Source: Ancylonema sp. (taxonomy: Eukaryota). Taken from it: 64,000 nt of DNA. Below, one piece after another: positions 61,320 through 64,000 of the stretch; the first letter of the stretch is position 1; each line of letters starts with the position of its first letter. The stretch lies in the NCBI GenBank assembly GCA_050230475.1, contig JBFLGF010000016.1:62001-126000 (forward strand), written 5' to 3'. Under the pieces are notes generated by a model that did not search any database, was not told the origin of the DNA, and saw only the letters and a list, made by a program, of their open reading frames with translations. Made by a program: the position numbers and the translations under genes.

Positions 61320-64000
61320 TTGAGACCCTACGGCACCGGCCGGAGGGCAACGGCCGGAGGGGGAGGGACTCAAGGGTCCTCCCTCCCCCAGCTTTCAGCT
61401 AGGGGTAGGCCTTTGATTTACTGCCCCAACAATTGTGGAAATCACTATACGGGCGCCGCATGGTTGGCACGTCATGTCGCATTATGTGTTCCGGCCCCTG
61501 CATTGAGTGGGGGAGGCCCCGCACATGCTTCACCAGCCCGTCCCCGCCTCCCACCTCCGTCTTCGTGGTCGTGGGCCCTCGATACTGCACTTCGCGATCC
61601 TACTGCCACAGGATTGTGCCAGCCCCGCCTATATTGGAAGATCCCTTATGCCATCCGGGTAGAAGTCCAACGCGCTTTTGTGCTTCCGCTCCGTCGCTTG
61701 AGGGATGACCCTAGGAATATTGCTGCGTTCCCTGTTTGGTGCCTTCCCCTCCCATACCACGGGGGTCAGGTTGGCCATAGGGAAACGAGGCGACGTATTA
61801 CTCGAGATTTCTTGGGGGAGATTGGGAATCGCTGCATCATGCATATTGCTCGCTGTACCCCGCCCCCTCAGGAGAGAGGCAGCAGCGGAGGGGGGGGGGC
61901 GGGGGAGGGGACGGATGGTGGGAGGAGGGAGGGGGGAAGAAGTGGGGGCGTCGGAGGCACAGTTGGGGAAGGTGGAGGGGGTGGGGGGAATCTTAAACGT
62001 GCGCTTCTCTTGGGAAGGTGTGGTGAGCTGTCGCGGTCAGCTCGGGCCCTAGTGTCACAACCTCTAGCGCGTGGGACGGAAGAGACTGTGGCACAGCTGC
62101 GTGACCTTCACCCCATTGCCCTCCCCGGCTGCTCTCCCAGATTTTGTTGGGGATTTTAGGCCTCCCGACGATTTCATTCTCGAGAGGGACTCATTCGTTG
62201 TGGCGTTGCGAGGGGCCCCAAGCCATTTTGCTGCAGGGTTGTCTGGAATGGTGTTTGAACATTTTCGTGACGTTCTCGATCCGGATGACTCTGCTAGTGG
62301 TTTTGACCTCTTGTTCCTCGTGGCTGCTCATGTTGCGAGGGGTCGCATTCCGGCGTCTATTTATCATCTATTGGGGGCATCTCGGTTGGTGGCGTTGGAT
62401 AAGGGTGGCGGGGCGGTACGTCCCCTTGCTGTGGGGGAGGGGTTTTATCGTTTGATCAGCCGTGCAATATGCCTTCAGATCCGGGAGGCGCTTCACGACT
62501 TTCGAATGGCAGTACGGCTTTGCTTTTAAAGGGGGGTGTGAGATGGTAATCTGGGGGGTGCGACTTCTTTTGGAAGCGCCCATCTTGGGGTGTCATCCAG
62601 GTGGACGTGAAGAACGCATTCAACACCATCAACCGCCAGGCGTTCTTTGAGGAGCTTCGTGATTCGGGGGGGGGGGGTTGAGTAGTTTGTTCCCGTTTGT
62701 GCGAGCTTTTTATAGATGGTCTTTCCCCCTATTCTTCCGTGCTAGTGATCTGGCGGGGGGGGAGGAGGTAGTGGAGTTGGCGTCTTCGACCGGGACTCGT
62801 CAGGGGGATCCCCCCCTTGGAGGGGTATTGTTCGCCCTCGGCCACCAGCAGGCTCTTCGATCCACCGCAGCCGGCGTTCAATTGCAGATGACACCCATAT
62901 CGTGGGGTCCCCTCCCCGTGTGATGGAGGCTTTTAAGTTTTTTGTGGAGGAGCTCGAAAAACTCGGCCTTTCCGTGCAACCGTCCAAGTGTGTGGCGTGG
63001 TCACCATCTGGTCGGGAGGTGTTTTCGCTTCTTCCAGAGGGGTGTTCTTATGCTACAGATGGCATTCGTGTGTTGGGGGCGCCTTTTGGGACGAACGAGT
63101 TTGTGCGAGGCTTCCTCGCAGCTGCGTTGGAGAAAGATACGCGGGGTCTTCAACAATTATGCCTCCTTGAGGATCCGCAGGTGGCCCTCCGCCTACTTAC
63201 GCAGGTGTTTGCTGCTCGACCATCGGATCTGCTGCGTACTTGCCACCCTACCTCTTCCTACCTCAACCAACTCGGGGAGTACGATGCGACGCTGTGGAGG
63301 GTTGTAGAGGCAGATCTATTGGGCGGGGTGGTTGGTTGCACTTCGGACCATATTTGTCGCGTGACCAAGCTTGTTTGCCGATCGGCCCGGGGGGGCGTGG
63401 GTTTGGTTCGTACTACTCGGGTTCTTGCCTCAGCTGCTTTTATTGGCTCTTATGCTCTCGCCGCGCCTGCACTCGCATCAACTCTTTCCAGCAGCACGGT
63501 TTATCATTCGGCCCGTTTTTCAGCACTGTGGACGAGGGAGGTCTACGAACACAGATCGTGCTTCGAGAAGCGCGAGAGCTTTTCACCCAACAGTTCGCGC
63601 GGCACTGCCTCCATATGCGACCTTGGCCGTGGCTTCTATTCCTCACTTGCAACCGACACTTCTTGATGCTACCTACGCTGCTCCGTTTGAGGTGCTTGTG
63701 GCGAGCACCGATCTCGCGACATCGAGGGCGAGGCTTCGGTCCGCCAGTGGACCCGGTGCGGGTCATTGGCTACAAGCGTCCCCCATCATTCCCTCCCTTC
63801 GTATCCCCCTTCCCCTATTCCTTACTGCCGTGCGCTTGCGCCTCGGGTTTCCCCACCCTTGTCTTGCTACCTATGATACGTGCGCGTGCGGCAACTCTAT
63901 GGACGCCCTGGGTACGCATCTTATGCGCTGCAGTCGAGGGGGGGAGCGCACTTCATCTCATGACTCGGTGCGAGATTCCGTATATCACATCCTCCGCGAG
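61320..64000 (+). mobile_element. CRE-clade-like non-LTR retrotransposon (RT plus restriction-like endonuclease region), frameshifted, runs off the window
   Basis: N-terminal finger CPNNCGNHY...LARHVALC. RT motifs AAGLSGM, LVALDKGGGAVRPLAVGE, QYG, QVDVKNAFNTINR, GTRQGDP, ADDTHIVG, GLSVQPSKC and GIRVLGAPFG. C-terminal CACGNSMDALGTHLMRC followed by SHDSVRD. Confidence 0.9.

Overview
Eukaryotic, transposon-dense genomic DNA from a green plant. A streptophyte is inferred from the Ran and SurE sequences and exon layouts; a charophyte alga or bryophyte is plausible but unproven. Three multi-exon host genes can be built by hand: a SurE-family nucleotidase (-, 10 exons, one GC-AG intron), a Ran GTPase (+, 8 exons, P-loop Lys read as Thr) and an RBM26/27-like PWI-CCCH-RRM protein (+). 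The rest is nested, mostly decayed mobile DNA: three Copia families, a Tf1/Tcn1-like Gypsy remnant between two inverted LTRs with a self-priming PBS, a Gypsy-like gag-protease element carrying cytosine-C5 DNA methyltransferase sequence, a CRE-type non-LTR element, and many hAT-type and mariner-type MITEs. There are also two decayed copies of an unusual PAM2/PPPPGF-bearing protein kinase and two isolated TrpRS exon relics. Most notable observations: (1) a Copia solo LTR with non-canonical TG...TA ends whose antisense insertion into a G-run forms a frame-preserving GT-AG intron inside the kinase; (2) a mosaic retrotransposon DNMT region with an in-frame Copia gag-DNMT fusion; (3) a possible fossil CRESS-virus Rep (HUH + SF3 helicase). 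All calls come from manual reading and need database and RNA confirmation.
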